From IMG/VR virus record IMGVR_UViG_3300025073_000989: a stretch of DNA of 64,000 nucleotides; one strand, given 5' to 3'. Positions 31,369 to 46,300 of the stretch are shown here, piece after piece. Numbering within the stretch: position 1 is the first letter of the stretch; every line of letters starts with the position of its first letter. Made by a program: the position numbers and the translations under genes. Under the pieces are notes generated by a model, which did not search any database, was not told where the DNA came from, and worked only from the letters and a program-made list of their open reading frames with translations. The DNA is from a virus. Lineage: Duplodnaviria > Caudoviricetes.

Positions 31369-34300
31369 TTAACCGAAATAAGGTCTACTTATTTGAGAGT
31401 GTATTTTTGTATTCATTACACCAATATCTCTCGTTAAAACATCTATTTTTTGATTACTAGTATTTATTTTAGCAATTAGTGGTGTTATGTTGTCATTAAT
31501 AATACTGGATATATTATTCTTATTTTCCATATTAATTTCACCAAACCTGTTATCTATATCTTCTTTGAGTGTAGACAAAATAGAACCTATATTATTATTG
31601 GAATTTATAATCTCTATGGCATCTGCATTATTGTTGGTTCTTTCATTTATATTTAAAACCTGTGATCTGACTTCCTCTAATATAGTATCAAATTTATTTA
31701 TCATATCAGCACCAACAGAATTATTTCCGGCGCCAGAAAAATCTTTAGGTATAGACGATACTGCGGTTTTAAACTCATCTATTGACAGCCTTAAATCACT
31801 AGTATCTAATTTTATTGAAGCTGGAGAGTCCACAGGTATAGAAGAAGGTATCCCTGTTACTGGAATTCCTTCTTCTGGAATACCTATAACTTTTACTTCT
31901 ATTTTATCCAAAGAAGACTCATCTATTTTTACTTTAACCCCCTCTGAAACTAAAGTTTTAAGTTGATTAAAACCAATTTCATCTACACCTATTTTTAATT
32001 TTAATATATCTTCAATTTTTTCAAGATTTTCAAATTCTACTTTTACTGTAGATTTACTATTATTAGTCGATATTGAATTTAGTATAGATTTTTGTAGTTC
32101 GGCAGTACCTCCAGAAGCTGGAGCATCTGGTACAACCACCTCACCCTCTTTTAATAAATAAGGGCCTGTATCCTTAATAAGACCACCATCATGCATTACT
32201 CGTGATTTTGGAAAGTTAAAAGAAACCCTACCACCAAGGGCTTTTTTGTCTGCATCCGAGCCTTGCCACCCAGTACTACCTGTACCGCGGTCATACCAAT
32301 CAACCTCACCCTTAGCACGCTTAAGTTCTTTTATAAGGCGTTTTATTTGATCTATATCACTTTCACCCGACCACGTTTTAGTACTACTTATACCTAACAG
32401 ATCTAGATTGTTTTTGAGATCAGTTGGTAATGCGACCGCAGCTTTTACTTTTTCTATTACAGGTACTAGTGCTTTAGTATACTCATCTTGTACATTATCT
32501 TCTTTGGTTGGATTAATGAATGACTGAAATCCAGCCTTATATCTTTCATATTCTTTTGACTTGATTAATTCAGAGTATGGAACTACATCTCCTTTATCAG
32601 GCATTTTAGTTATTATATATTCACCTAATTCTCCCCTTTTATATCCTACCCCAACCATACTTAATGATCTTCCTAAACCATCAGAGGATTTTATAGCCCC
32701 TGCTTGTTCAGGAGAAATGGCTTTTGTTGATGCTAAATAATTAGCTATGTTGTTTTCAAGTGAAACTCTTTCTGCTGCTTTATTTTGTTTGTACTCATTT
32801 AACGGATCTTTTACTAACTTAGGTTGTTTGTTACCTAATTTAGCAGAAGCAACAGCAGAATTTAACTCTTCCTTGGTTAGTAAGCCCTGTGCCATTTTTG
32901 CGCGAATTTGGCTAAACTCAAAATTATCAGCTTCAGAAAAGTACCTCATTTTATCTATAGGTACAGTTGTACTTGGGTCTATATTACGCAAAGTATCGTT
33001 TAGAGTCACACCTTCATCAAAACTGTGTTTATTCTTCTTAGCCTCCTCAATGAGTTGAGATGCTGTAGGAGCTTCCAGTTGCGCTTTTTTATATTCTTCG
33101 TCAGTCAGTCTCTGATTACCGTAAGTACCTAAATAACTATACTTATCATCTACAATACCGCCTGATGCAAAAAATACTGGGCCTCCCAAAGCCTTCTTTG
33201 TAAGTTTATTTTTAATTTTAAATAAACGTTGTTTCGCGGCCTCAGTAAGGTCCATAACTTTATACAGCGCTCTAGATAGGAAAGGACTTTCGGCCGCCTT
33301 GCTACCTGCTTTACTAGTTAATTCAGCAGCTTTAGCTTGAGCATCAGCCATACGCTGTTTAAAACTTTCGGCCAGACTACTTGCTTTAGTTCCTGAAAGT
33401 TCAGATAGCTTTTGTTTACCGAAACCGTAAGCTTGTTTAGCTAGATCTCCTACTTTAGTTCCTGAAATCCCAGAAATATGTTGTTTCGCGGCCTCAGTAA
33501 GGTCCATAGCTTTATACAGCGCTCTAGATAGGAAAGGACTTTCGGCAGCTTTATACAGCGCTCTAGATAGGAAAGGACTTTCGGCCGCCTTGCTACCTGC
33601 TTTACTAGTTAATTCAGCAGCTTTAGCTTGAGCATCAGATAAATACTGTTTCACGTTTTTAACTAGATCTGTACCGGAAAAACCAGAAATATGCTGTTTA
33701 ACAGCCTCAGCGGTGTCTCCAGTAACACCCATAGTTTTATTTAATAAATCATTAATTTTAGGCTTATTTGCACTGATATCACTAATAGTAGTTTTGGTTT
33801 TATCCATCACCCCAGTAACAATTGGTCTAGTTTTATCCATACCTTTATTTAAAAAGTCTGTAGTTATCTTTATTGCATCTGTAGTTTTGTATACCCCTTT
33901 CAAAACAGATTCCGCAAAATCACCAGACTTTACACTGTAATATGACTTCCTTAAACCTCCCCAGGCACTTGAAAGAGAAGACTTGCCGATATCTATAGCC
34001 GACCCGAATCCTTTCTTTATACCAGAACCAGCAACGGTTTTTAATTTATCATAAGCAGAAGGTATACCAAGAGCCTCTCGGTGTGCTGACTCAGCAATAT
34101 TAGTTTGGTACTTGTTAGCTTTGGCCTCCCTAAATCTAGCTGTGTAGGGCCTTCCTGTATCCGATGCTTCTTGTGCAGCTGTTCTAAGTTTAGTCAACTC
34201 CTCTGCCTGTTTTTCCATTAATGTTTTTGGACTTCTTGAGGCAATAGCCCCAGACAATAACTTACCAGACAACATTGGTCCTGCAACACTCCCTAACGTA

Positions 34301-37300
34301 CTAGTAAAACCTGTTTCCTCATAGTCTTTTTTTAATGCGTTGCCCATAGCTAAAATACTCTCTGAAGAAAAAGTACCTGCTATATTTTTACTAGTATCAA
34401 CTGCTTGTGAAAAAACAGCCTCTGGGACATTACCCAATCTCCAACCACTGGTGCCTTTTTGTTCATCTAACTTTAGTTTTCTTTTAGCCAGGCCCTCACC
34501 TGCGCTTTTAGCCATTGCTATAAAAGGCGCTCCTGAAAAAAACCTTAACGTTTCCGTAGCAAAATTAGTAGACCAATCCCAAGCCATTTTGGGATAATTC
34601 TTCAGTTTATTACCTAGCCCTTTGGTGTCTAGGTCTTTAATTTCGGAATGTCTTTCTATAACGCTTTTATGTGCGGCTTCGCTGTGTTCTATCATTTGAT
34701 CATACCAACTATTACCACTTGACCCTGAAAAAGCCATATCACTACCTGATTTTGCTATCTTATATGCTTCCTCCCTATCAAAAACTTTAGCTTTCTCGTT
34801 TTTAATTTTATCTTCACGTTCTTTTCTTATTCTCTCTATTTCCTGGTCTGTTTTATACTCCATAGCCACTTCTTCTCTGGATAAGCCGGATATTCTTTTA
34901 GCTTCTTCTTCAGAAGTACCAGTATCTGTTAAATACCTTATACCTGCCTGCTTAGCCATATCTTCTGAAAGTTTAGCTTTTTCGGCAGCAACATCTTTTG
35001 CTTTTTTGGCGGCTATTTCTTCAGTAGTAGAAGAATAGATTCTGGTTAATTCGTTTATATCTTGCTCAGATCTAGCTTTGTCTAAAACATTCGACATTTC
35101 TTTTAGATTATCTAAGCTGGATATTCTATAGGATTTATTGTAGTTTATATCCTCAAATTGTCCCTGATTACCTAACTGTTTAGCTATACCGTTGTCGTCA
35201 ACAAAACGAGCTGATTTATATTCTGGATTAACTTTTTTATTTTCTATTTGTAGTCTATTTTCCTCAATAGTTCTACTCCTTACTTCCTCCAGTCTGGCTC
35301 TCAATTCCTCATCAGTATATTTATTACCAACAATACCACCTTCCGCAAATCTCGGCACCTCGCCGGTACTGTTGATATGATCGAGAACAGCATAACCAAG
35401 CTTTCTAGCAGACTCTGTTTTAATTACATATTCACCATTACTTAAATAAGCTGAAATTTTATCGGCCTTTGGACCACCTTCACCAAAAATCCTTCCTCCA
35501 GAAGCTTTCTTTTCTACTTTATCTGGCTTTTTTAAAATACTTTCTATGTTCCTTAAATGATCAGCCGCTTCTTTTGCTGCATTTAAAAGCTGCTGCTGGG
35601 GACTTTCTTTTTGACCTACACCTAAGCTTTTTGAAAGTCTTGCGGCTATATCTTCAAGCTGCTTGTTACCAGAATTACCTAAAGCATCTATAACTGGAGC
35701 CAAAGAATCCTTAATCCCAAGAGTAATAGACCTAAGCTGGCCCATATCGCCTTTTGATAAAGCGTCTATATAAGAATTTAACTTTTCCTCATCCATACCA
35801 CCTAAAGCTTTATCTATAAGATCTCTAAACGAAGTTAAAGCCGAAACATCAGTACCTTCTCCCCCAAATGTTGCTAATCTTTGTATATTAGATATAGCCT
35901 CTTTAAATGGAGCAGCTATAGACTGAAAGTCTTCAAAACCTTGTTTTTTAAATTCGTACTGACGTTCTTCTTTTTGTTTTTGAGGAAGCAGTGCCATCCC
36001 CATCAAGGCCTCTACTTTAGGATTCAAAGCAGTACCGATTAAAGTCTGCATATAACCCGCTTGCTCAACCTCATATTTATTAGCAGAAGCTTTAATATTA
36101 GAACCTGATATATTATATTTAAAGCGCTCAAGTGGAGCTATATACTGCTTACCTAACAGATCAGACGAACCGTACTGGGCTTTCATGGTATCCATGAAAG
36201 TTTTTACCCCAGAAAGATTTTCAGTTATTCTTGTACTGGACACATCTTCCAGTACAATATTCATTCTCTGAAGAGCTCCGGAAACGTTTTCAATTACTTC
36301 TACCTGTCTACCTAATGCCGCAAAGGCATCCGTAGCAGCCCTTAACTTTATTGTATCTTGTTCAATTGCAGAGTCTAGTAAATTTATCTGATTTGTATTT
36401 TCTTCAATGTCTTGTTTATCAATATCCCTTTTAGCAATAAGTTCTGCTTTATTTCCTTCTTTGCTAACTATATCAGACTTAATAGTAGCTACAGTCTGTT
36501 GTAGTCGAATTAAAGTATCGATAGAGTTTTTATAACCTTCACCAAGATTAGAATAAGCGAATTGCTGAGCATTCATTTGTCTCTTATCCATGCGAGGAGT
36601 AAGCTCACCAGGGTAACCGAACAAATCTTTGTTGGTCATCGAACCTATATTATATTTCTTCTCTAACTCATCGCTTTGAAATCCTAAATAAGCTGATTTT
36701 TTATTTGAGAAGTTCTTTAATGCCTGTTCGGCAGCAATATAAGCAGGACGTAATTTCTCTTTACTATTATCAATTTCTTTTGAAGCTTTGGCGGCAGATT
36801 CAGCCAAACGGTCAAGTTCATCGGTTACTTGACCTAAACGGTCTTTTTCTATATCTGTTTTATCTGTCCTATTAGTAAGTTCTAGCTTCTCCTCTGTTAG
36901 TTTTTTCATAACAGACTCGATATTACTTTTTTCAGTTTGTTTTAGCTCTAATTTTTTAAATTCTTCCTCAAAAGTACCAGAAGTACCTTTCATTGAAAGA
37001 GCATTATTCATTAAATTTTTAAATGGATTTTGTATATTCTTAAATCCCTTCAAAAATGTTATAGGATTGGTAAAATCAAAGTCCTTAGAAAAAAGCTTAA
37101 AGTCCTTAAACGCACCTTTAACTTTATCCATAGGTCTTAGGAATAAATCATCAATACCCATATTATAATTTAATAATTTCTTGCCATGGTAACCACCAAG
37201 AAGTTGCTCTGGTGTCATGTCACTAAAACTTCTAATACCAAAATCTACTGTCTGTGGATTATATTTACCAGCCAACATACCACTGGCCTTAGAAGGCTTA

Positions 37301-40300
37301 CTCAACCACTGATAAGGATTTAACATACCAAGAGCAGAAGGCTTTCCGGCCTCAGACACCATTCTAGAAACCTCTTGTGCAGAAAAAATCTCATTCACTG
37401 CACGTTTTACTGCTTCGAGTTGCATTTTAAGCTCTTCAGCAAACTTTATTCTACTTAATTCTCTTTGTAACTTACTAGCCTCCTCAGACATTATTTCAAA
37501 TTCAGATACGAGGTTTTTCTTCATATCATCAATATTATCAGTTACGTTTTTAAACTCATTATCAGTATCCAGTACTAATGATTTTTTAATAGTCTCTACT
37601 GATTGTGTTGTAGTTTTACCTATATCATTAATTTGTTGTTCAAATATCTTTTGAGCAGCCTCTGGGTTTTGTTTTATAAGGTCTTTTATAAGCTTTGACT
37701 CCTCAGCGGCTTTATTTCTGTTAGTAGATACCTCAATATCACCTGCATTTTTTTCAGCCAAATATCCAGCAAAAGTAGCGCCTAATTCTGCCGCCATTAG
37801 CTTTGCTATCTCTGAAGAAGGATCTTGACTAACTGGTCCACCGGCTTTATATTTTCCAATTATACCACCACCAGCAAATCGTGGAATTTTACCAGTTGTA
37901 TTCATGTAATTTAGTCTATCAAGCCCTAACTTATCCACAGCAGAAGCCTTAAATATATATTCCCCAGCACTAGCCATAAGCGGAACTAAATCCGAGGTTG
38001 GGCCTCCTGGACCAAATACAGCCCCACCGCCTGCCATTTTAGGTGGAGTACTTTTTTCCAAAAGCTCAATGTACTTTTTGTATTCTTCTGGTAGAAAGTC
38101 AGAGACTTTTGGTTTAATAGCCAATGGATCGTCTATTATACCGCCACCTGCCATTTTAGGAGGAACAGTAAGCGCTGAATCATCGCTGTCTCCAAACAAC
38201 ATGTACCCAAGTTGAGCAGCAAGCATTGCCCAACTCAGCCCAGGAATAAACCTTGACAAGCCTTTTAACCCTACCTTACCTACTAGTTTAGATAAAGTCC
38301 CAGAAACAGCCCCAGTAGCTTTACCTACAGCACCTATACTGCCTATTTTCTTTGCAGCATTATATACACCTAGTCCAGTTAAACCACTACCAACTGTAGA
38401 TAGTATTGGAGATCTTTTTACATAACCACTTACATCGTTATACTTAGATCTTAGCCAACTAGGAACTTCGCCATATTTATTCATATAGTCTAAATTCTTT
38501 ATTCCTAATTTTTTAGTTTTATCGGCATTTAGTATATACTCACCATTACTGGCCATAAGGTTAACTTTATCAGAAGTAGGTCCACCAGGACCATGTATAT
38601 ACCCTCCTGTGGCTTTTCCTTCAGGCTTATCTTTATTTAAACCTTTTATTGCATCTAGTATAGCACTCAATCTGTCTACCTGCTCTGGTCCAACGTCCTG
38701 ATCTTTTATTACATCTGTTTGTTCTTTTATGGCAGCTATAGTCTCATCTGATACTCCGTATTTTTCCTTTTCTGACCCAACATCCTTCATAAAAGCCTCA
38801 CCGGCTCTTCTTACCTTAAGCATATCCATGGTACCAACATCCTCACCACGCGCTTTTTTAGCTAAAACCTCCTCCATTGTTTTTTCAAAAGTTGATGCCG
38901 AGGCTGGCATTTCAGTATCAGATGCTTTACTTAGTAGCTTTAATCCAACATAAGTGGAAACCGCTGCTACTCCCATTTTCTTTATATTTGCTTCTGAAAA
39001 ACCCAAAGCCTGCGCAAACTGAGTCGAACCAGAAGTAATTAGTGATAACGACTGAAGCACGCCATATATGTCTGCTTTTTTCTGAGCTTCGGCACGTTTG
39101 GATTCTAGGGCTGATGTATCTTGACCGGCCGTCTTTGCTACACTTATTTGTTCATCCAGAGCATCTATTATTTTATTAGATCCACTTTTGCTTAAAGTAG
39201 AATAAATAGAACTAGCAGCAGCAGTTTTTGCTATATTTTTAGAAGAAATAAATGTGTCCTCATTATTCTCTGCCTGAAGATCTGCTATACGCTTTACGTC
39301 TTTATCGAAAGAAGGCTGTCCTTCTACTTTTGCCAAACCAAACCACTTTCTTTCTGGAGGAAGAGCGGATCTAAGTTCAGTTATAAAATCTTTATAGTTT
39401 ACACCACTATAAGCCCTTTGAGACATTTCTTCGGGCGTAAAATTATTCTTACCAATAGCATAATTCCAATCTACCTTACTAATAGCTTTTTTTATACCTA
39501 CTTCATCCACCAACTGTTTAGATAGTACATCTAAAGCTTTATTAGCTGAGGCCATTTTATCAAAATCACCGGAAGCTGCCGCCTCATCTCTAATTCCAGC
39601 TACTCTTTCCAGAGCCTCCTTGGTTCTGCCTGTTTTACCAAAACTTAAACTAAACCTATCGGCCCAACTACTCAAAAGACTTTCTACTATTTCTGTATCA
39701 TCGGTTTGGCCTTCTATAAGCCTATCTAATCTCTCAACAGTAGCAGCAGTATTATCTGCAACCTTACTAGTCTCTATCTTTAATTCTGCAACACCGGTAT
39801 CACCTGTTCTAGCCACAACCTCAGTATATTTTTTCATATCTTCTGGGCTTAGAACAGAACCAAAGCCTTTAGATACATTCCTTATACTCTCTAAAGCCAC
39901 CTTAGCCTTTTCTGCAGAAAAAACATTTTCTGATAAACCTGTTCTTTTTAAGTTTAATTCTCTCAAAGAAGAAGCTGCTTTCTCAAAGTTTGAATTATCT
40001 CTTAGGGCTCTTTGTTGAGCAGTTAAATTGTTATAACTTTCAGCCCCTAAATCTACATTAGCCAATTCGGAAAAATGACCTTTTAATAAACCACCAGTAT
40101 CAACCATTAATGCTTGTCTTGTTTTTTCTATAGCTACATTTTCTTTAAGTGCCCTAGCTCCAGCTTCAAACTCTTTAGTAAGATCAGTTAATATAGCTCT
40201 ATACTGAAAAACAACTTGGTTATTTTTCAGTATTTCCTGCAATCTTGTTAGTTCTTCAAAAAGACCAGTAGATAAGCCCTCTTTGTTATCTAAACCTTCA

Positions 40301-43300
40301 GCTTTTAGTTTTACCAACTCCTCTAAAGATCTTCTATAATCAGACATGGGCTTTTCATAAAACTCCTTAAAGTCCTTTGCCCAACTTTGCTGAAACGGAG
40401 AAGAACCAAAACCACTTTTAGGTGTAAAACCTTTATCCCCTTGTATAATACTTGTAGTAGCTATATCACTAAAAAATCTTTCGCCCAAATTAAAGTCTCT
40501 TTTAAAATCTTTGGCTGAAATACCACGCAAACCAGCACCAGCACCAGCAACAAACTCATTTAATGCATCTATACGGTCGGATAGGTCTTGTTCTATTGCT
40601 TTTTGTGGAAATATGGAATCAGCCATTTTCTGCATAGATTTATCAAATGGCCGCTCTTCTACCTGCAAAGTTTTGGTATTAAAATAAGTAGCTACCCACT
40701 CAAAAACACCATCAGTAGTCTCTTTAAGTCTAACTATAGCCTGATTACCGGCAATATTATATTTATCCGCAGCGCCATCAATAAAAGTAACCAGATCATT
40801 ACTTAGTAGTTTACCCTCTCTCTTAGAAACGCCTGATGTTTCCAGACGAGCAGTAGTTAATATAGAAGTAGCATCAAAAGAGGAAGCCATTTCAGGAAAA
40901 ACCCTCTTCATTACATCTGCACCTAAAACATCCTGCCACTTAATCTTACCTTTAGTTTCGTTGAGGTTAAATCTAGGCTCAACATCCAGCATTAACTGGT
41001 AACCTTTCTTTAATTCAGGATTATTAAATATATTAGATATCTCTTTAGGATTTAATCCGTCTGTAGATATATTAGATAATGTCTTTTTGAAATCAGAGTA
41101 GGTCTCATTAAAGTTTTTCTTAATTGTGTCTAGCTGACCTTGATACTTAATTATATCTTTATCAAAAGCTGTAGATAGTGGTGTTTTACTACGAGCACTT
41201 ATTAATTCATTTAGTCTAGTAGTTAGTACCTTCATAGACTTAGCTGGAGTAACTTCAATACCCTTAGCAAGTAGTTCACCAAAAACAGGGGCCTCTTTTA
41301 TAAGTTCCCTTAGTTCATACTTCCATTTTTCAGGGCCCTCTGTTTGAGTTAACGCCTCTATATGCTTTGAGGCTACTCCTATTTCCACCTTTGCCATATC
41401 CTTAAGTTTTACCTTTTCTAAGACCTTAAGGTAGCCTTTTAGATTATCTTTGGTGCTCAAAATAGCATTACCCAATTTATCATATCCAGCTATTAATCCT
41501 AAATTTGAAGTAGCTAAAGAGTTAGTAGTAGAGCTTACCTCTTTTTGAAAATTAGCAAGAGCAATAAGAGGACTAACATAAGTACCTAGTTCCTGTTTTC
41601 TAGACTTTTGATTAGGATCTCTCGATGCTTGTATATTTTTAAGTTTACTTGATAAGGTATCATAATTAGTAAGCAGTCCTCTAATAGAAGAAAGTTCAGA
41701 TTCTTGCGCTCTTCTAGTTCCATATACAGACTTCTCATAATCTTGAGATGAAATCAACAAACCCCTATACTTATTATTTAGCCCATTAAAGGCATACCCA
41801 AGACCAATAACCGTAGCGATTAACGGACTTATAGATTTAACTAAATCCGAATTTTTAGAGGCAAAAGCCTCTACAAACTTTGAAGCCCGCTCACCACCAA
41901 ATTCTCCTGCCTTCTTAGCAGCATACCCTGTAACTTCAGCACCTACAGCCGCCCCAGTAGCTAATGCTCCTACACCTTTTAGAACTGGGCCAGGTGAACC
42001 AGCAGTAGCCAGTGCGGATAGATGATCTAGTTTATCACTAAAACTCTCTACTGCCCCACCAGCAGAGGCCAACCCTTTAGCCCCCGTACCTACCACAGTA
42101 CCTAGCCACTTATTATAACTTTGCCCTGTATTACTTAGTAGAAATAATGTTTTTCCTAAAGATGAGTTAAAGTCTTTTAGTGTTTTTCCTTGTAAAGCCT
42201 CATCTACATCTCTTTTTAGTGTCTTAAGCCCAAGGTCTTGGCCTGGACCCTTACCTAGTACTTCAAACTTGGCGTTTGTTATTTCTCTATCAAAATTTCC
42301 TCCAAACTCTTTAAAAATAGAACTTGCTCCAGCAAGAAGATCTGTTAACTTGCCTATTACGTACCCGCCTTTAGACATGTAAGCAAAAAACAAAGTTAAA
42401 GAAGTAAGGGCAACTTTTACTGGACCAGGAATAGCGGAAATTGACTCTAACAGAAAACGCATACCCTTTAATCCAGTCTTAAAAACAGGAAGAGCCACTT
42501 TACCAAAAGCTATTTGTAGCTCTACAGCCGCTGCTTTGGTTTGCTCTATTTGTTTTTGATAAGTATTCATAATTTCAAGATTACGTCTTTCAGCCGAACC
42601 TTTTGAATTTACGCTATCTCTAACGGCCCTAAGTACATCATCCCACTTATCCATCATAACAATTAAAGAGTTATATTGACGAGTACCGCCTATAGCTTGA
42701 GCAATATTTAGTTTTTGAGCACTAGTCAAAGAATTCCACTTACTGGCTAAATCACCTAGTACATCAAAACCCTTTCTTAGTTCTCCAGACGGCGTCATTG
42801 TAGATATGCCCATTTTAGCTAATTCTTCTGGTCCTTTTTCAGCAGATAATCTTCTCAAAATAAAGCGCATCGAAGTACCAACCTCATTACCAGTCTGACG
42901 AGTAGTAGACCCTACAGCCGCAACAATACCATTTAATTGATCAAAATCAACACCAGCAACTTTAGCAGCAGAGGCGGATTTTTTAATAGCATTTGCCATA
43001 TCACCAGCAGTAACAGCAGTTTTAGCCTCAACTTCACTCCAAGCATCCATGAAACGCATCGAGCTTTCACCTTCTCTACCAAAGATGCTCATAGCAGCGG
43101 TCAAAGCCTCCGTAGCATCTTTTGCGTTAAGGGTAGTAACGTTGGCTGCCAACGTAGAAGTTTTAGTTCTATCGATAATTTCTGCTTGTGATAAACCTTG
43201 CTGAGCAAAAATTTGCATGGATTTTAAAACATCTTTAATACTTATACCATATTTTTTAGAAAATTTAATAGCAGATTCCTGCAAGGAGTCAAAGTTAGCT

Positions 43301-46300
43301 TCTAATGGACTCATTACCATTTTAATCCGAGCCATAGCTGTCTCTACATCTCCCATAGTATCTACGCTTTGGGCAAGTTTAGCGGTACCTCCATAAACTA
43401 AGGTAGAAGCAGCACCCCACTTAGCGGCCCTTACAATAGCACCACGAAACCCTTTCTGAGTACCCTGCATCATAGCCGTCATATCACGCTGTTTATCGTG
43501 AAAAACACCTACTTTTTTCCCAGTCTCGTCTATTGTTTCGCCATACTTATAAAAATCAGTTATTATATTTTTAAGTACATTACCGGTTTCATCAAATATC
43601 TTAGTGGTGTAAGACATCCTTTCTCCAACCTTGGCGCCGCCCTCTTCTTCAGTTTTACCATAGTATTCCTTAAGTTTTTGAATATTCATGGTATGCATGG
43701 CCTGCTGCTGAGCAGGATCAATCCATTTTGGAACCTTAACGGTACCAGTAGTACCATAAGAAGACGGGTTTGGTTCTATGCCTGCTGGTAAATACGCGGA
43801 TTCAACACTCTTAAGGTACTTTATTATATTTTCTATATTCTTTGATTTATCTGGCTCATCTGTAGAAATATTAAATTTCTTGTATTTTTCTAAAGAAGCC
43901 CTCAGCCTAGTTACTCTATCACCCATTCCTTGAAAGTCCCAAGCTTTGGCGTAAGACGAGCCCATTCTATCTACAAAGTCTTTTTTCTCCCTATCATTAA
44001 GAATATCTATTTTTTCTTTATTAACAGAAGTTAATTCATCTAAAATAGCCCTAGTTTTCTTAGCCGGCGCCATCCTTTCTCCAGACTCAGCATCAGATAT
44101 TATACTCTTAAATATATCGCCAAGCTGGTCATCTTCGCCTAACGGTCCTTGGGCCTGCCTAATCAACTCAGCTGGAGGTATAAAAACTCCAGCCGACTCT
44201 GCTAATTTAGAGTCTAGATGTTGTTTATTAACTGTATATATATCACTAGGTTTACCCATACCCCTTTTAACAAATTCCTGCATTCTAGAAATAGAATCTT
44301 CATATTTAGCATATGCCATAGGGGCCATACCTACACCCCTTTCTTCCTCTAAAGCAATCAACTCTTTCCTAGCGGCAGCTATTTTATTTAGGTAATACTC
44401 ACCCAAAGCCAGCCTATAAGCCTTCCATGCCTTTGTTATCATATTACCTGGAAGACCCTGTTGGTTATCAGTCCTTTTAGCTAAATCGGTAGCTTCTTTA
44501 GTAGCATCTATGAACGTTTGATAATCTGGTCCTTCGGAAACAGCCCTTTTTAGTAGATCGGCAATAGTATTAGGGACGGATTCAGTTACGTCATTAAACT
44601 CCACACCTAGGTCTTTCTGACTTAAAATAGCTTGATTTTGTAATTCTCTTAGATTTTTAGAAGTATCATCTAATAAATTACCGCCCCTATGTATTTTTGG
44701 AGGTATCCTGTAATCACTAGGAGTGGCATCAGACAGAGACGAACCTTTAGTAAACCCAGGAATAATTCTAGATTTAGTACTGTTTATATCATCTTCTATT
44801 TCTCTAAATGCTTTTTTATTATGTCTTTTAGTATATAGCTGTTGAGCTTTACTCATGAAAGAAGAAAGTTCTTCATCAGATAATTCAACTCTTTTGGATT
44901 GGGCGCTTTTTAGTTCCTCAAAGGAACCTGTCTTAGCGTAAACAGCGTCTGGTCCTAACTCTTCCCTAGCGACCTTTATGGCCTCTATATCTTTTTTATA
45001 ACGCTCTGTGTCTTTTTTAAACTTAACTACGGTTTTCTCGGAATCGCTGCCTTTACCCGCAGCAGAGTAAAACCAACCCTCAGATTTAATATCAGGAGAA
45101 GCTTCATCTCCCAGAGCCTCTATATAAAAATTAACTTGCGAAGCAGTATCTTCAAGTTTTTTTCTAAGGTAAGTATAGTTGCTTTTTCCAGAAATATGTT
45201 TAATTATATCATCAAAATCATTACCAACAACGGATATAACTTCACTAAGTTTATCTATAAAATTTGAACTAGATGTTTTTATATCTACTAATTCGGTTAC
45301 TAAGTTGTCTGATTTTTTAAGCATATCAATATGCCCAGTAATTTCTCCAACATCAGTAACTTTACTTACCAACCTCTCTGCTTCGTAGCCTTTACTTTTA
45401 TATTCTCTTTGAACCTTTTCATGCAGACCAGTACCAACAACAGCAGTAGTCCTCAATGCTGGACTTTCTGATTTTGTACCCAACATAGTTGCTTTTATAG
45501 CCTCTATTTGTGACCTCACGCGATCTTCTTCAGTGTTAATAATGTCATTGTATTTTCCGCCAGAAGATATACCACTAGCTCTAAAAACTTTACCAAAATC
45601 AGTACCAGAAAGTTCGTTTGAGTATCCAGATAAAGCACTAGCCGTACGTTCTAAGTCATCTAAGGTTCCTACAAGAGATGGAGTACCGGCCTTAGTATAT
45701 TCTATATTATCCTTTAGTTGGATAAAAGAAAGATTATCGGCTATACTTGCTATGTGCACAGATATAGGAGAACCTTCATATTTAAAAGGCAATGGTTTAT
45801 TACCATCAAAATCATCAGAAGGAGCACCTGTATCTTTACCGCCACCAGAACCCCCACCTGAACCACCGGAACTTCCAAAAGTAGACATAAAGTCACTTTC
45901 CTCGGTCCTATGAGCTTTAGTTGGTTTTCTATGTCTATCATAGCGCTTAAAATCGTTTACGTCAGCAACCCTTAAATCATTAGGCGTAAAAACACTCTTT
46001 ACTACATCAGGAGCAGACCTTTTTAGTACAGAAAGAATCTGATCTACTTGATGTAATTTAGTAACATCTTTCAAACTATCATTAAATGCTTTTTCCTTTT
46101 CTTCTGCTGTATTACCACTAGAAATATTAAGATCCTTTAGCCCCTCAGAAAATGACATCTCAACGTCTTTTCTAACAGACTTAACCCCAGTAATATCTAG
46201 CATCTTATTAAAAGTATCTTCATTGTAAAATAGTTCTTTATGGCTCTCAGATAAATTACCAGAAGAAAGACGAGTAAATAATTCCTCAGCCGACTGGTTT

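Noticed and set aside
33229-33638. Direct repeats as a possible CRISPR array
   Set aside because: The copies are in frame inside a CDS, lengths are multiples of 3, and there is no regular unique-spacer pattern.
45799-45813. Second DFDG-like string (SDDFDGNK) in the giant ORF
   Set aside because: It lacks the third Asp and all flanking beta' motifs, and sits in a low-complexity linker; likely chance.
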